Positions 13,229 through 22,999 of a stretch of DNA of 64,000 nucleotides are shown here, one piece after another. Numbering within the stretch: the first letter of the stretch is position 1; each line of letters opens with the position of its first letter. Made by a program: the position numbers and the translations under genes. This stretch comes from an uncultured bacterium. GTDB lineage: Bacteria; Muiribacteriota; Ozemobacteria; Ozemobacterales; Ozemobacteraceae. Under the pieces are notes generated by a model, which searched no databases, was not told the origin of the DNA, and saw nothing but the letters and a program-made list of their open reading frames with translations. The stretch lies in contig CAYMEN010000003.1 of NCBI GenBank assembly GCA_964389325.1, positions 62,502 through 126,501 on the forward strand, written 5' to 3'.

Positions 13229-13624
13229 TTAAAAATCGTTTCGCGGAAGACTTTTCAGCTGATTGGCGGGCGGTGTTGATTCCGGACGCTTGGGATCGGC
13301 GGTGCTGAGAGTCGTCGTCGGCCGCTTGGCGGCCTCGTCGTCCGAAACCTCGGTATAGGCCGTGACGTCGATGTAACTCTTATACACGTACCGATTGGTG
13401 GAACCCTGGAAATTGATCTGATACCAGCTGCCCACCACATCGACGATCGACACGGCATCGCCATAGTAGATGACGGTTACGACCGTGTAATTCGTTCCCG
13501 GGCCGGTCCGGACGTTGAGCCCGTTGCAGTTCACCTTCCCGGCGGACGGAACCTGCATGGCCCAGAGAACACTGGTCAGAAACAACGTTGCGAACAGGAT
13601 TGCCGGCCATTTGTACCCTCGCAT
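13229..13624 (-). CDS. secreted bacterial SH3 (SH3b) domain protein
   Basis: Signal peptide; LNVRTGPGTNYTVVTVIYYGDAVSIV...WYQI matches SH3_3 pattern; AAAGGAG RBS 8 nt upstream of ATG at 13624 (track start 13642 is a GTG inside the RBS). Confidence 0.55.
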   Translation of the reverse strand: MRGYKWPAILFATLFLTSVLWAMQVPSAGKVNCNGLNVRTGPGTNYTVVTVIYYGDAVSIVDVVGSWYQINFQGSTNRYVYKSYIDVTAYTEVSDDEAAKRPTTTLSTADPKRPESTPPANQLKSLPRNDF

Positions 13625-13704
13625 GGCGTGGACTCCTTTCACCGGGTGATCATTCGTATCTACCGTCGAAGGGCGGAAAAGTTACACTTTTTTCGGGGGG
13701 TGCG

Positions 13705-14703
13705 TCAGATGGCGATGTCCCGGAGCATGGCGGCCGCGTCCTCCGGCGGGGTGGGGTTGATGTAAAAGCCGGAACCCCATTCGAAGCCGGCGACGTTCGT
13801 CAGTTTGGGAATGATCTCGAGATGCCAGTGGTAGAAGTCGCGGTAAGACTCGGAGCACGGGGAGCTGTGGAGCACGAAGTTGAACGGAATCCCCGGGAGC
13901 AGGGCTTCCAGGCGCTTGAGCGCTCCCTGCAGCGTCGCCGCGAACGAGTGCACGTGTTCGTTGTCGATGTTCTCGAAAAACGGCTGGTGCGTCTTGGGAA
14001 TGATCTCGATCTCGAAGGGAAACCGAGAGGCGAAGGGGCAGAACGCCATGAAATGCTCGTCCTGAATGATGATCCGTGAGGACTGCTCGGTTTCCTGACG
14101 AAGTATGTCGCAGAATATACATCTATCGTGATAATGGAAATACTCCCGCGCGCCGTCGAGTTCCTCCTCGATGCGCTTCGGGATGATCGGAGTGGCGATG
14201 ATGTGCGAGTGGGCGTGGGAGAAGTTCGACACGCCCCGACCGCTGTTTTTCACGATCATCAGGTGCTTGAACCGGGGGTTCTTCTTGATCTCGAGCAGGC
14301 GCTGCTTGTACGCCCAGATGACTTCGCGAACCATATCTATTGGTATTGATTGCAGCGTCTGCGTGTGCTGCGGGGTTTCGACGAGCACCTCGTGGATGCC
14401 GATCGAGTTCATCGCGTCGAACATGCCGATGCCTTCCCGGCCGGCGTCGCCGGCGGGAACGAGGATTGGATCGCGGTCGGGGATGACGCGGACCCACCAG
14501 CCCTTCTCGTTCGCGGCCGTGCCGGCCTTGCGGAACGACATCGTCTCGGCGGGAGTCAGCCGCTCGTTGCCTTCGCAGAAGGGGCACTCGGCGGTGTCAT
14601 CGGGCGCCCCGGTCGGAACCGGATAATCGTGCGGCCGTTTCCCGCGTTCGGGGGAGATGATCACCCACTGCTTCAGGACAGGGTCTTTTCTCAGCTGCGG
14701 CAT
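13705..14703 (-). CDS. galactose-1-phosphate uridylyltransferase-like protein (class I GalT / HIT superfamily nucleotidyltransferase; could be ADP-glucose phosphorylase-like)
   Basis: CPFC zinc motif, HxHxx nucleotidyl-histidine motif SHAHSHIIATP, overall GalT-like length and organisation. Confidence 0.7.
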   Translation of the reverse strand: MPQLRKDPVLKQWVIISPERGKRPHDYPVPTGAPDDTAECPFCEGNERLTPAETMSFRKAGTAANEKGWWVRVIPDRDPILVPAGDAGREGIGMFDAMNSIGIHEVLVETPQHTQTLQSIPIDMVREVIWAYKQRLLEIKKNPRFKHLMIVKNSGRGVSNFSHAHSHIIATPIIPKRIEEELDGAREYFHYHDRCIFCDILRQETEQSSRIIIQDEHFMAFCPFASRFPFEIEIIPKTHQPFFENIDNEHVHSFAATLQGALKRLEALLPGIPFNFVLHSSPCSESYRDFYHWHLEIIPKLTNVAGFEWGSGFYINPTPPEDAAAMLRDIAI

Positions 14704-14706
14704 TGG

Positions 14707-15777
14707 CTACCTCGCACTCGTGCCTGATTTTACGGCGGGGGCATCGGCGGAGGCCGCCGGTTCGTCGGTGTGTTCCTCGTCGAGCGACGCCTGGATGAGA
14801 TACTTCGCCGCATCCTCGGGCGGAACGTGGTTCACGTAGAACCCCGAGCCCCATTCGAATCCTGCGACCTTCGACAGCCGGGGCATGATCTCGATATGCC
14901 AGTGGAAGTAGTCGGCGCAGTGCTCGTCGCACGGGGACGTATGGATGATGTAATTGAACGGCGGCTGGTCGAGCGTCTTGATGAGCCGCCGGAGGGTGCC
15001 GCTCATCATCTCGGCGAGGTTGTCCAGTTCGGCCTCTTCGATGTCGCCGAAGGATGCCTTGTGGTCCTTGGGGGCGATCCAGGTTTCGAACGGGAAGCGG
15101 GATGCGAAAGGCGCGAATGCGACGAAACTCTCGTTCTCATGGATGATCCGGTTGCCGGCGCTCAGTTCCTGGCGGATGATGTCGCAGAAGACGCAGCGTT
15201 CCTTGTAGTAGTAATACTGGCGGGCGCCTTCAACCTCTTCCATGACGCGCTTCGGGATGATCGGGGTCGCGATCAGCTGGGAGTGCGGGTGATCGAGGCT
15301 GGCCCCCGCGGCGGCGCCGGAGTTCTTGAACAGCAGGATGTAACGGAACCGCCTGTCGCGTTTGAGGTCGCGGTACCGGTCGGCGTAGGCGCTGACGATC
15401 TTGAAGACGTGCTGTTTCGAGTAGGCTTCGAACCCCTGATCGTGGATCGGTGTCTCGATGATGACCTCATGGGCCCCGACACCGTTCATCATGTCGTAGA
15501 GGCCGAGGCCGGTGCGGTCGAGGTCGCCCTCGATCTGGAGGGCGGGGTAGCGGTTCGGAACGACGCGTACCTGCCAGCCCTGCTGGTTCGGGAGGGTGTT
15601 CGGCTCCCGGTAGGACATCACTTCCGGGGGCGTCATCGACTCCTGGCCCGGGCAGAACGGGCATTTTCCGGTCTGTGCCTTCGGTTTTGCCGAAGGGAAG
15701 TCTTTCGGGCTCTTCGCCTTTTCGTGTACGATGATCACCCAGCGCTTGGTGACCGGATCCTTGCGGAGTTGCGGCAT
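14707..15777 (-). CDS. galactose-1-phosphate uridylyltransferase-like protein, tandem paralog
   Basis: CPFC motif and canonical HPHSQ motif; 3-nt spacing to downstream paralog; start taken at MPQLRKDPV (ATG 15777) rather than upstream in-frame ATG at 15840. Confidence 0.7.
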   Translation of the reverse strand: MPQLRKDPVTKRWVIIVHEKAKSPKDFPSAKPKAQTGKCPFCPGQESMTPPEVMSYREPNTLPNQQGWQVRVVPNRYPALQIEGDLDRTGLGLYDMMNGVGAHEVIIETPIHDQGFEAYSKQHVFKIVSAYADRYRDLKRDRRFRYILLFKNSGAAAGASLDHPHSQLIATPIIPKRVMEEVEGARQYYYYKERCVFCDIIRQELSAGNRIIHENESFVAFAPFASRFPFETWIAPKDHKASFGDIEEAELDNLAEMMSGTLRRLIKTLDQPPFNYIIHTSPCDEHCADYFHWHIEIMPRLSKVAGFEWGSGFYVNHVPPEDAAKYLIQASLDEEHTDEPAASADAPAVKSGTSAR

Positions 15778-15996
15778 CCTGACCTCCCGGGGTCCCCCAG
15801 ATTCATCGGGAATTATACTATGCCTCCCCGACAATCGCAACGGCCGGTAGCGGGGAATACACGAACTGGTGCCCCTCCGCGAAAATCGTTGACAAGGTGA
15901 CTGCGCTCGGTTACACTTGCACCGGTCGTGATCCGCGAGGTCACGCCGTGCATTTCATACATGAAACGATGGCGAAAAGGCAAAAAGAGGTAATCC

Positions 15997-16563
15997 ATGG
16001 GACGGAAGCGAACGTGTGAGCTCCCATTCTGCAAGGGCGTCGTTGAGGGTACCCGCAATAAGCGCCGGTGCGACAACGATCGGAACATCCATCTGCACCA
16101 GGTGATCTCGAAGAACGTGAAGAAGATCATGCGGTACATCGAAGTCCGCGACGATTTCACCGCGAACGACGTCAACCGCGATCTGTTCAAGAACCGCCTG
16201 GACAAAAATGAGAAGGGTTCCATGTACCGTCTCTTCCAGGCGATGGTTCGCGAAGAGTATCTCATCGAACTCGGCAAACGTGAAGGGCTGAAGGTGTATG
16301 CCTTCCACGGCCGGGCAGGCCGCGCGGTTCTCATCGACGAACCGGCTGCCGCGCAGTCCGCGCCTGTCTCGCAGCCTCTGACGCCGCGCGAACTGCTCAT
16401 CGGCAAACTGCGGGAGTTCGTGCACATGAAAAACGGCACCTGGAACCACGACGACTGGCTCTGGCTCGTGAACCGCCAGGACGTCCGCGACCTCGGCATT
16501 CCCGAGCACGAGCTCGGCGCCCTCCTCGAGGAAGAAAAAGCCCGCTACTGGCTGCACAGGTAA
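15997..16563 (+). CDS. hypothetical basic protein (Cys/Lys/Arg-rich N-terminus, possible zinc ribbon/nucleic-acid binding)
   Basis: AAAGAGG RBS; strong G/C third-position bias on + strand versus overlapping antisense ORFs; N-terminus RKRTCELPFCKG...KRRCDNDRN. Confidence 0.45.
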   Translation: MGRKRTCELPFCKGVVEGTRNKRRCDNDRNIHLHQVISKNVKKIMRYIEVRDDFTANDVNRDLFKNRLDKNEKGSMYRLFQAMVREEYLIELGKREGLKVYAFHGRAGRAVLIDEPAAAQSAPVSQPLTPRELLIGKLREFVHMKNGTWNHDDWLWLVNRQDVRDLGIPEHELGALLEEEKARYWLHR

Positions 16564-16588
16564 CCGCGGCGAAGCGTACGCACCGAGC

Positions 16589-16654
16589 GGCGCCGGATCC
16601 CCTCAGGGGTCCGGCGCCGTTTTCTTGTGCGCGCCCTGCAGGGCGCGGGTTTTT
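16589..16654 (+). terminator. two tandem hairpins with T-tracts downstream of the 15997-16563 gene
   Basis: GGCGCCGGATCCCC/GGGGTCCGGCGCC then TTTCTTG; perfect palindrome CGCGCCCTG/CAGGGCGCG followed by GGTTTTTCT. Confidence 0.5.
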
Positions 16655-16663
16655 CTCACGCAA

Positions 16664-16690
16664 GGAAAAGCCCCGCCTTTGGGGCGGGGC
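16664..16690 (-). terminator. rho-independent terminator for the minus-strand acidic-protein gene
   Basis: Stem GCCCCGCC/GGCGGGGC with 5-nt loop, followed on the minus strand by TTTTCC. Confidence 0.5.
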
Positions 16691-16734
16691 TTCTGGCATT
16701 ACCGGATGGGCCGGGCGGGGGGGGATCCGACGGA

Positions 16735-17097
16735 TTATTCCTCGTCGTCTTCCTCGTCTTCCTCGTCCTCATCGTCGAAGTCTTCTTCGTCTTCGTCGTC
16801 AAAATCTTCTTCTTCTTCGTCTTCGAAGTCTTCGTCTTCCTCGTCTTCTTCGTCGAACTCGTCTTCGTCGTCGAAGTCTTCTTCATCTTCGTCGAGGTCT
16901 TCTTCGTCTTCTTCGAGGTCTTCGTCTTCTTCGTCGTCGTCGAAGTCTTCTAAATCTTCTTCTTCTTCTTCTTCGTCTTCGAGGTCTTCTTCTTCGAGGT
17001 CTTCTTCTCCCTCGTCCTTCTCATCCTCGTCGACGTCTTCCCAGCGCTTCTTCGGAGACATCATCTCCTCTTCGATCAACCAGTCGTTCGTCGGCAT
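16735..17097 (-). CDS. hyper-acidic D/E-repeat protein (120 aa; non-repetitive N-terminus MPTNDWLIEEEMMSPKKRWEDV followed by about 90 residues of almost pure Asp/Glu with occasional Leu/Phe)
   Basis: AAAGGGGA RBS 8 nt upstream of the minus-strand ATG; own terminator hairpin downstream; the opposite-strand reading is a poly-Ser ORF without RBS. Confidence 0.5.
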   Translation of the reverse strand: MPTNDWLIEEEMMSPKKRWEDVDEDEKDEGEEDLEEEDLEDEEEEEEDLEDFDDDEEDEDLEEDEEDLDEDEEDFDDEDEFDEEDEEDEDFEDEEEEDFDDEDEEDFDDEDEEDEEDDEE

Positions 17098-17260
17098 GGC
17101 GAATATCCCCTTTCGTGCCTAGATGTTGAGTTATTGCGGATCGGGGGCAATAATGGCACAATGCCGGCGTCGTGTCAAGACAGAAAATAGTCAATATTGC
17201 ACATGCCGATGAAAACCGAGTTCAGCCAGTGCTGAAAACCTGCCGGGGTACCCGCCTTTC

Positions 17261-17289
17261 TTGACTTGCCCACCCTCTTCATGTATACT
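17261..17289 (+). promoter_or_regulatory. sigma-70-type promoter for ffh operon: TTGACT - 17 bp - TATACT
   Basis: Near-consensus -35 and -10 hexamers with 17-bp spacer, 48 nt upstream of ffh ATG. Confidence 0.5.
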
Positions 17290-17336
17290 GGCTCTTCCTA
17301 TTCTTCATTTCATACGTTGTATGTGAGGCGTGAACC

Positions 17337-18680
<1,344 letters not shown>

Positions 18681-18743
18681 CGAATACTGGAACACGCCGG
18701 CCGGCACTGCCCGGCAGGAACGATCGAAAAGGAGTACATACGC

Positions 18744-19040
18744 ATGTCAGTCACTATCCGCCTCAAGATGCTGGGCACCAAGAACCGGCCCTGCTATCGC
18801 GTCGTCGCCGTTGACGGTCGCAAGACCCGCGATGGAAAGAGCCTCGAGAACCTCGGCCACTACAATCCGCTTGCCCAGCCCGCTCACGTCATCCTCAACG
18901 AAGAGAGAGTGATGGAGTATCTCAAGGTCGGCGCCCAGCCGTCCGAGACCGTTCGCGCTCTTCTCCGCCAGAAGGGTATCCGCCAGAACCAGATCTCCGA
19001 GAACGGCAAGACCCGCCTCGAGTGGACGAAGACCGCCTGA
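18744..19040 (+). CDS. rpsP: 30S ribosomal protein S16
   Basis: MSVTIRLKMLGTKNRPCYRVVAVD... canonical S16 sequence. Confidence 0.95.
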   Translation: MSVTIRLKMLGTKNRPCYRVVAVDGRKTRDGKSLENLGHYNPLAQPAHVILNEERVMEYLKVGAQPSETVRALLRQKGIRQNQISENGKTRLEWTKTA

Positions 19041-19066
19041 CGGCGCTCTTCATCTGACAAAGGAGC

Positions 19067-19318
19067 GTGTCCGACGTGACTCACGATTCGGCCCAGGCAC
19101 TGATTCACGACCTGGTCTCCGCCCTCGTCGAGCACCCTGACGAAGTCAACGTCAAGGCGATCGAAGGCGACGGGACCGTGGTTTACGAGGTCCAGGTCCA
19201 CCCCGAAGACAACGGAAAAGTCATCGGGAAAAAAGGCCGGACCATCAATTCGCTGCGCACGATCCTGAGAGCGGCTTCGCTCCCGGGCGAGCGGCGCGTC
19301 ATGATGGAACTGGTCTGA
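19067..19318 (+). CDS. KH-domain RNA-binding protein (YlqC/UPF0109 family)
   Basis: GKVIGKKGRTINSLRTIL KH motif, 83 aa, between rpsP and rimM. Confidence 0.85.
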   Translation: MSDVTHDSAQALIHDLVSALVEHPDEVNVKAIEGDGTVVYEVQVHPEDNGKVIGKKGRTINSLRTILRAASLPGERRVMMELV

Positions 19319-19320
19319 CC

Positions 19321-19902
19321 ATGGCGAAGATCCTGGTTTCCGCAGCCGAGACGGCGGCCGATTCCCTCGCGGGAAACGCCGGCCCGGTCGTCATCGCCCG
19401 TCTCGCGAAGGCCGTCGGCCTCCAGGGCTGGGTGCGGATAACCATGAACACCGACAACCCCGAGCGCTTCGCGCCCGGGGCCGAGCTGAACCTGCGCAGG
19501 CAGGGCCAGCCGATCGTCCGTCTGAAGGTCATCGACTGGCGCCAGACCTCGTCGCCCGAGCAGATCGACCTGATGTTCGAAGGCATCGAAGACATGGACA
19601 CCGCCCGCACGCTGATGCCGGGCGAGTTCGTGATCGACCGGGCCGACCGCGTTTCTCCGCCTCCGGGCGCCTTCTACCCCGACGAACTCGAGGGCATGAA
19701 GGTCGTCGGGCCGCAGGGCGACGAAGAGGGCGTGGTCGAAAGCCTGGTCAGCGAGGTGCCTTCGCCGTATCTCGTCGTGCGCTCGCCGCGTGCCGGCGAG
19801 GTGTTCGTGCCCTACCGGCGCGCGAACTTCGCCTCGATCGACCGCGAGACCCGCACGATCCGCCTGACCGAGCCGCTCGAGCGGCACATTCCGGTGGACT
19901 GA
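19321..19902 (+). CDS. rimM: 16S rRNA processing protein RimM
   Basis: RimM N-terminal beta-barrel and PRC-barrel-like sequence; conserved position before trmD. Confidence 0.9.
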   Translation: MAKILVSAAETAADSLAGNAGPVVIARLAKAVGLQGWVRITMNTDNPERFAPGAELNLRRQGQPIVRLKVIDWRQTSSPEQIDLMFEGIEDMDTARTLMPGEFVIDRADRVSPPPGAFYPDELEGMKVVGPQGDEEGVVESLVSEVPSPYLVVRSPRAGEVFVPYRRANFASIDRETRTIRLTEPLERHIPVD

Positions 19903-19915
19903 CGAAGGAGCGCAT

Positions 19916-20683
19916 GTGAAGATCGATATCATCACCCTCCTGCCGGGCATCTTCGACCGCGTTTTCGACGAAAGCGTGCTCGGGGCCGCGCGGCGCCAGG
20001 GTCTTATAGATATCGATATACATTCGTTCCGCGAGTACGGCGACGGCCGGCACAAGACGGTCGACGATACGGCGTTCGGCGGTGGCCCGGGCATGGTCCT
20101 CAAGCCGGGGCCCCTGACGACCTGCATCCGCGACGTGCGGCGCGCCGGACCGCCGGCAGCCGTCATCGGCCTGACGCCGCAGGGCGTCCCGCTGACCCAG
20201 CAGCTCGTCCGCGAGCTTGCCGGCTGTCCGCGGCTGATTCTCGTCTGCGGCCGGTACGAAGGCTTCGACGAGCGCATCAGGCCCGAGTTCGACCTGCAGG
20301 TCTCGGTCGGGGACTACGTGCTGACGGGGGGCGAGATCGCCGCGATGGCGCTCGTCGACGCCGTTTCGCGCATGATTCCCGGCACCGTGGGCAGGCAGGA
20401 ATCCGTCGAACAGGATTCGTTCTACACCGGTGTTCTCGACCACCCGCAGTACACGCGCCCCTCCGCCTGGGAAGGGCGGGGCGTGCCGGCGACGCTCATG
20501 GAAGGCCATCACGAGCGCATCGTCGAGTGGCGACGCGGCCAGGCCCTGCTGGCAACGGCCGTCAGGCGTCCCGATGTCCTCTCTTCCCGGGAAATCACGC
20601 GAGAAGACCGGGAGGCCCTCCAGGCGGCGATCGCCGCCGGCGCAGCCGTCCGGGCGCCTCTCGCCGCACCAACGACCCCCTGA
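19916..20683 (+). CDS. trmD: tRNA (guanine37-N1)-methyltransferase TrmD
   Basis: GTG start after GAAGGAG RBS; motifs IDIITLFP-like (IDIITLLPGIF), GGGPGMVL, CGRYEGFDERI. Confidence 0.9.
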   Translation: MKIDIITLLPGIFDRVFDESVLGAARRQGLIDIDIHSFREYGDGRHKTVDDTAFGGGPGMVLKPGPLTTCIRDVRRAGPPAAVIGLTPQGVPLTQQLVRELAGCPRLILVCGRYEGFDERIRPEFDLQVSVGDYVLTGGEIAAMALVDAVSRMIPGTVGRQESVEQDSFYTGVLDHPQYTRPSAWEGRGVPATLMEGHHERIVEWRRGQALLATAVRRPDVLSSREITREDREALQAAIAAGAAVRAPLAAPTTP

Positions 20684-20724
20684 ACCGGGAACCGGTTCAT
20701 CCAATATCCTGAAGGAGCATACGC

Positions 20725-21096
20725 ATGAATCCCACTATCGAAAGCATCGAACGCGGCTACATGAAGAACCGCCAGGGCGTTCCGGAGTTCGTTCCGGGCG
20801 ACACGCTGCGCATCGCCATCAAGGTTCGCGAAGGTGACAAGGAACGCCTCCAGGCGTTCGAAGGCGTCGTGATCTCCCGCCGCTATGCCGGTCTCCGCGA
20901 GAACTTCACCGTCCGCAAGATCTCCTACGGCGTCGGCGTCGAGCGCACCTTCCTGCTCAACTCGCCGAACCTGGCCGAGATCAAGGTCGTCCGCCGCGGC
21001 AAGGCCGCCCGCGCGAAGCTGTACTACCTGCGCGATCGCGTCGGCAAGAAGACCCGCGTCAAAGACAAGCTGATGGTGGCGAAGGCCGAGGAGTGA
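20725..21096 (+). CDS. rplS: 50S ribosomal protein L19
   Basis: Canonical L19 sequence (FRPGDTLRI-like [29 protein letters not shown]). Confidence 0.95.
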   Translation: MNPTIESIERGYMKNRQGVPEFVPGDTLRIAIKVREGDKERLQAFEGVVISRRYAGLRENFTVRKISYGVGVERTFLLNSPNLAEIKVVRRGKAARAKLYYLRDRVGKKTRVKDKLMVAKAEE

Positions 21097-22139
21097 GTCA
21101 CGATGCCCTGTCGCCGGTGACAGGCGTCGCCGGTGCAAAGGCGGTCGGGATTGCCGACGTTTCCGTCCGTTCAGGCCAGTCGACGGCCATCGCCGTCGAG
21201 CGTCTCGATCCGGACGACGTCCTCAGCGAATCCGCTCTCACCATCCTGGGAACGGTGTCCGGCCGGCTGCCGGATGACTTCCAGCTGATCCTGGAACAGC
21301 ATCCGCGCGGCCGGTCGGCGCTGCGCTTTCCCCTGCCTCCGCCCGAGCGCGGCCGGTTCGAAACGGCGATCACCCTCCGGAACGGCGCGAACGACCTCGC
21401 CATCCGCATCACCCGCCCCGACGGAACCGTCGCGGACGAGTGCCGTTTCACCATGCATTACAAATCCTCGTTCCGCGAGTGGAACGAGACCGTTTTCATC
21501 GCCTTCCTGCTCGCCCTGATGATCCGGAGCCTCGTCCTGCAGGCGTTCTGGATCCCGACGGGAAGCATGGAGCCGACGCTGCTCGGCGAGAAGCGCGACC
21601 CGGTGACGAACGACCTCACCCGTGCCGGCGACCGTATCCTGGTCAATCGGTTCGCCTACGTGGCCGACCTGTCGCTCGACGGCCGGATCCCGTTCGGGCC
21701 GAGATACTGGTTCGCGCTTCCGAAACGGGGCGACATCGTCGTGTTCAAATACCCCGACAAGAATCCGAACGCCGCACCGCGTGATTTCATCAAGCGCGTC
21801 ATCGGCCTTCCCGGCGACCACATCCGGATCATCGAGGGCATCGTCTCGGTGAACGGGGTTCCGCTGAACGAACCGTACATCGCCGAGCCGCCCTGGCAGG
21901 ATTTCGAGACCCGGGTGCCGACGGACAGCCTGTTCGTCATGGGCGACAACCGCAACAACAGCGCCGACAGCCGCTACTGGGGCCCCATGCCCCTGAAGAA
22001 CCTCAAGGGCCAGGCCGTCATGCTGTACTGGCCCGCGGGCCGCTTCCGGGCGATCAGAAGTCATCCGCATCCCGTCTATCCTCATGGCGAACGGCTTCCC
22101 CCATCGGCGGGCGGTCCCGGTTCCGGCCAGGAGGGGTGA
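21093..22139 (+). CDS. lepB: signal peptidase I (LepB) with about 120-aa N-terminal extension
   Basis: Box [11 protein letters not shown] (catalytic Ser), box [10 protein letters not shown], box [15 protein letters not shown]; GTG start overlapping rplS stop; the extension shows coding-like GC3; alternative internal ATG at 21453. Confidence 0.8.
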   Translation: MSHDALSPVTGVAGAKAVGIADVSVRSGQSTAIAVERLDPDDVLSESALTILGTVSGRLPDDFQLILEQHPRGRSALRFPLPPPERGRFETAITLRNGANDLAIRITRPDGTVADECRFTMHYKSSFREWNETVFIAFLLALMIRSLVLQAFWIPTGSMEPTLLGEKRDPVTNDLTRAGDRILVNRFAYVADLSLDGRIPFGPRYWFALPKRGDIVVFKYPDKNPNAAPRDFIKRVIGLPGDHIRIIEGIVSVNGVPLNEPYIAEPPWQDFETRVPTDSLFVMGDNRNNSADSRYWGPMPLKNLKGQAVMLYWPAGRFRAIRSHPHPVYPHGERLPPSAGGPGSGQEG

Positions 22140-22999
22140 CGGCCGGAGATGCGCAGATGAACAGGGAGCTTCCCGGCCATATCCGCAAGGCGTTCCGCTC
22201 GATCGAACGGTTCATTCCTATCGTCGATCTCGTGGTGGAACTGCTCGATGCGCGGATGCCGCTTTCATCGCGACTTCCCGGGCTCGTGAAGCGCCTTGGC
22301 AAGCCCTCGCTCATCGTGCTCGGCAAGGCCGACCTCGCCGACGAGGGCCAGACTGCGAAGTGGATACGCCGGTTCGAGGCGGAAGGCCAGCCGTGCCTCG
22401 CCCTCGATGCCCGCAAGCCAGCGTCGGTCAAGGCGCTCGCCCAGCGGCTTCGCGCCTTCACTGACGAAGCCGCCGCGGCCGCCGGCTCGGTCCGGCGGAT
22501 GCGGCGCCTGATGGTGATCGGCATCCCGAACGTCGGCAAGTCGACGCTCATCAACGCGCTCGCCGGCCGCAAGGCGGCCCGCGTCGCCAACCTGCCGGGC
22601 GTGACCCGCGACATCCAGTGGATCAAGCTTCCCGGGAGCCTCGAGCTGCTGGACCTGCCCGGCGTGCTCGATTTCGGTCTCCTGAAACGGGGAGATATAT
22701 TGAGACTTATAAATACCGTGCCCGGGAACGACGAGGACCAGTCCTCGCGGGCGCGCAAACTCTGCGAGATTCTCGCGACGATCGAGTCGGCGGGCGTCCT
22801 GCCCGGTTTCACCGAGGAGGCCGCGGGCTCGTTCGATGTATATCTACCGATATACGCTCGCCGGATGAACTTCGTGGCCCGGGGGGGCATTCCCGACGAG
22901 CGTCGGGCGGCGCTCGACCTCGTAAAGCGGTTCCAGAACGGCGGTTTCGGCCGGATCACCCTGGAGCCCGCCGACAGAAACGAGGCGATCGCCGCATGA
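22136..22999 (+). CDS. rbgA: ribosome biogenesis GTPase A (RbgA/YlqF), circularly permuted GTPase
   Basis: Permuted G-motifs: KADL (G4) precedes GIPNVGKST (G1) and DLPG (G3). Confidence 0.85.
   Translation: MTAGDAQMNRELPGHIRKAFRSIERFIPIVDLVVELLDARMPLSSRLPGLVKRLGKPSLIVLGKADLADEGQTAKWIRRFEAEGQPCLALDARKPASVKALAQRLRAFTDEAAAAAGSVRRMRRLMVIGIPNVGKSTLINALAGRKAARVANLPGVTRDIQWIKLPGSLELLDLPGVLDFGLLKRGDILRLINTVPGNDEDQSSRARKLCEILATIESAGVLPGFTEEAAGSFDVYLPIYARRMNFVARGGIPDERRAALDLVKRFQNGGFGRITLEPADRNEAIAA

Noticed and set aside
13208-13256. Possible ECF-type promoter (GAAAC ... CGC) upstream of the 709-aa gene
   Set aside because: Only the -35-like GAAAC is convincing. The -10 region does not match CGTA/CGTC-type ECF elements well and the site overlaps the SH3b gene 3-prime end. 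It is too weak to call.
13624-13642. Track start (13642) for the SH3b gene
   Set aside because: That codon is a GTG lying inside the AAAGGAG ribosome-binding site. The ATG at 13624, 8 nt downstream of the RBS, is the more plausible start.
16625-17122. Serine-rich 165-aa ORF on the plus strand across the acidic-repeat DNA
   Set aside because: It has no RBS, and the repeat is read as poly-Ser only because it is the complement of GAx codons. The minus-strand acidic protein has an RBS, a non-repetitive N-terminus and a terminator. The call remains somewhat uncertain and is flagged in the findings.
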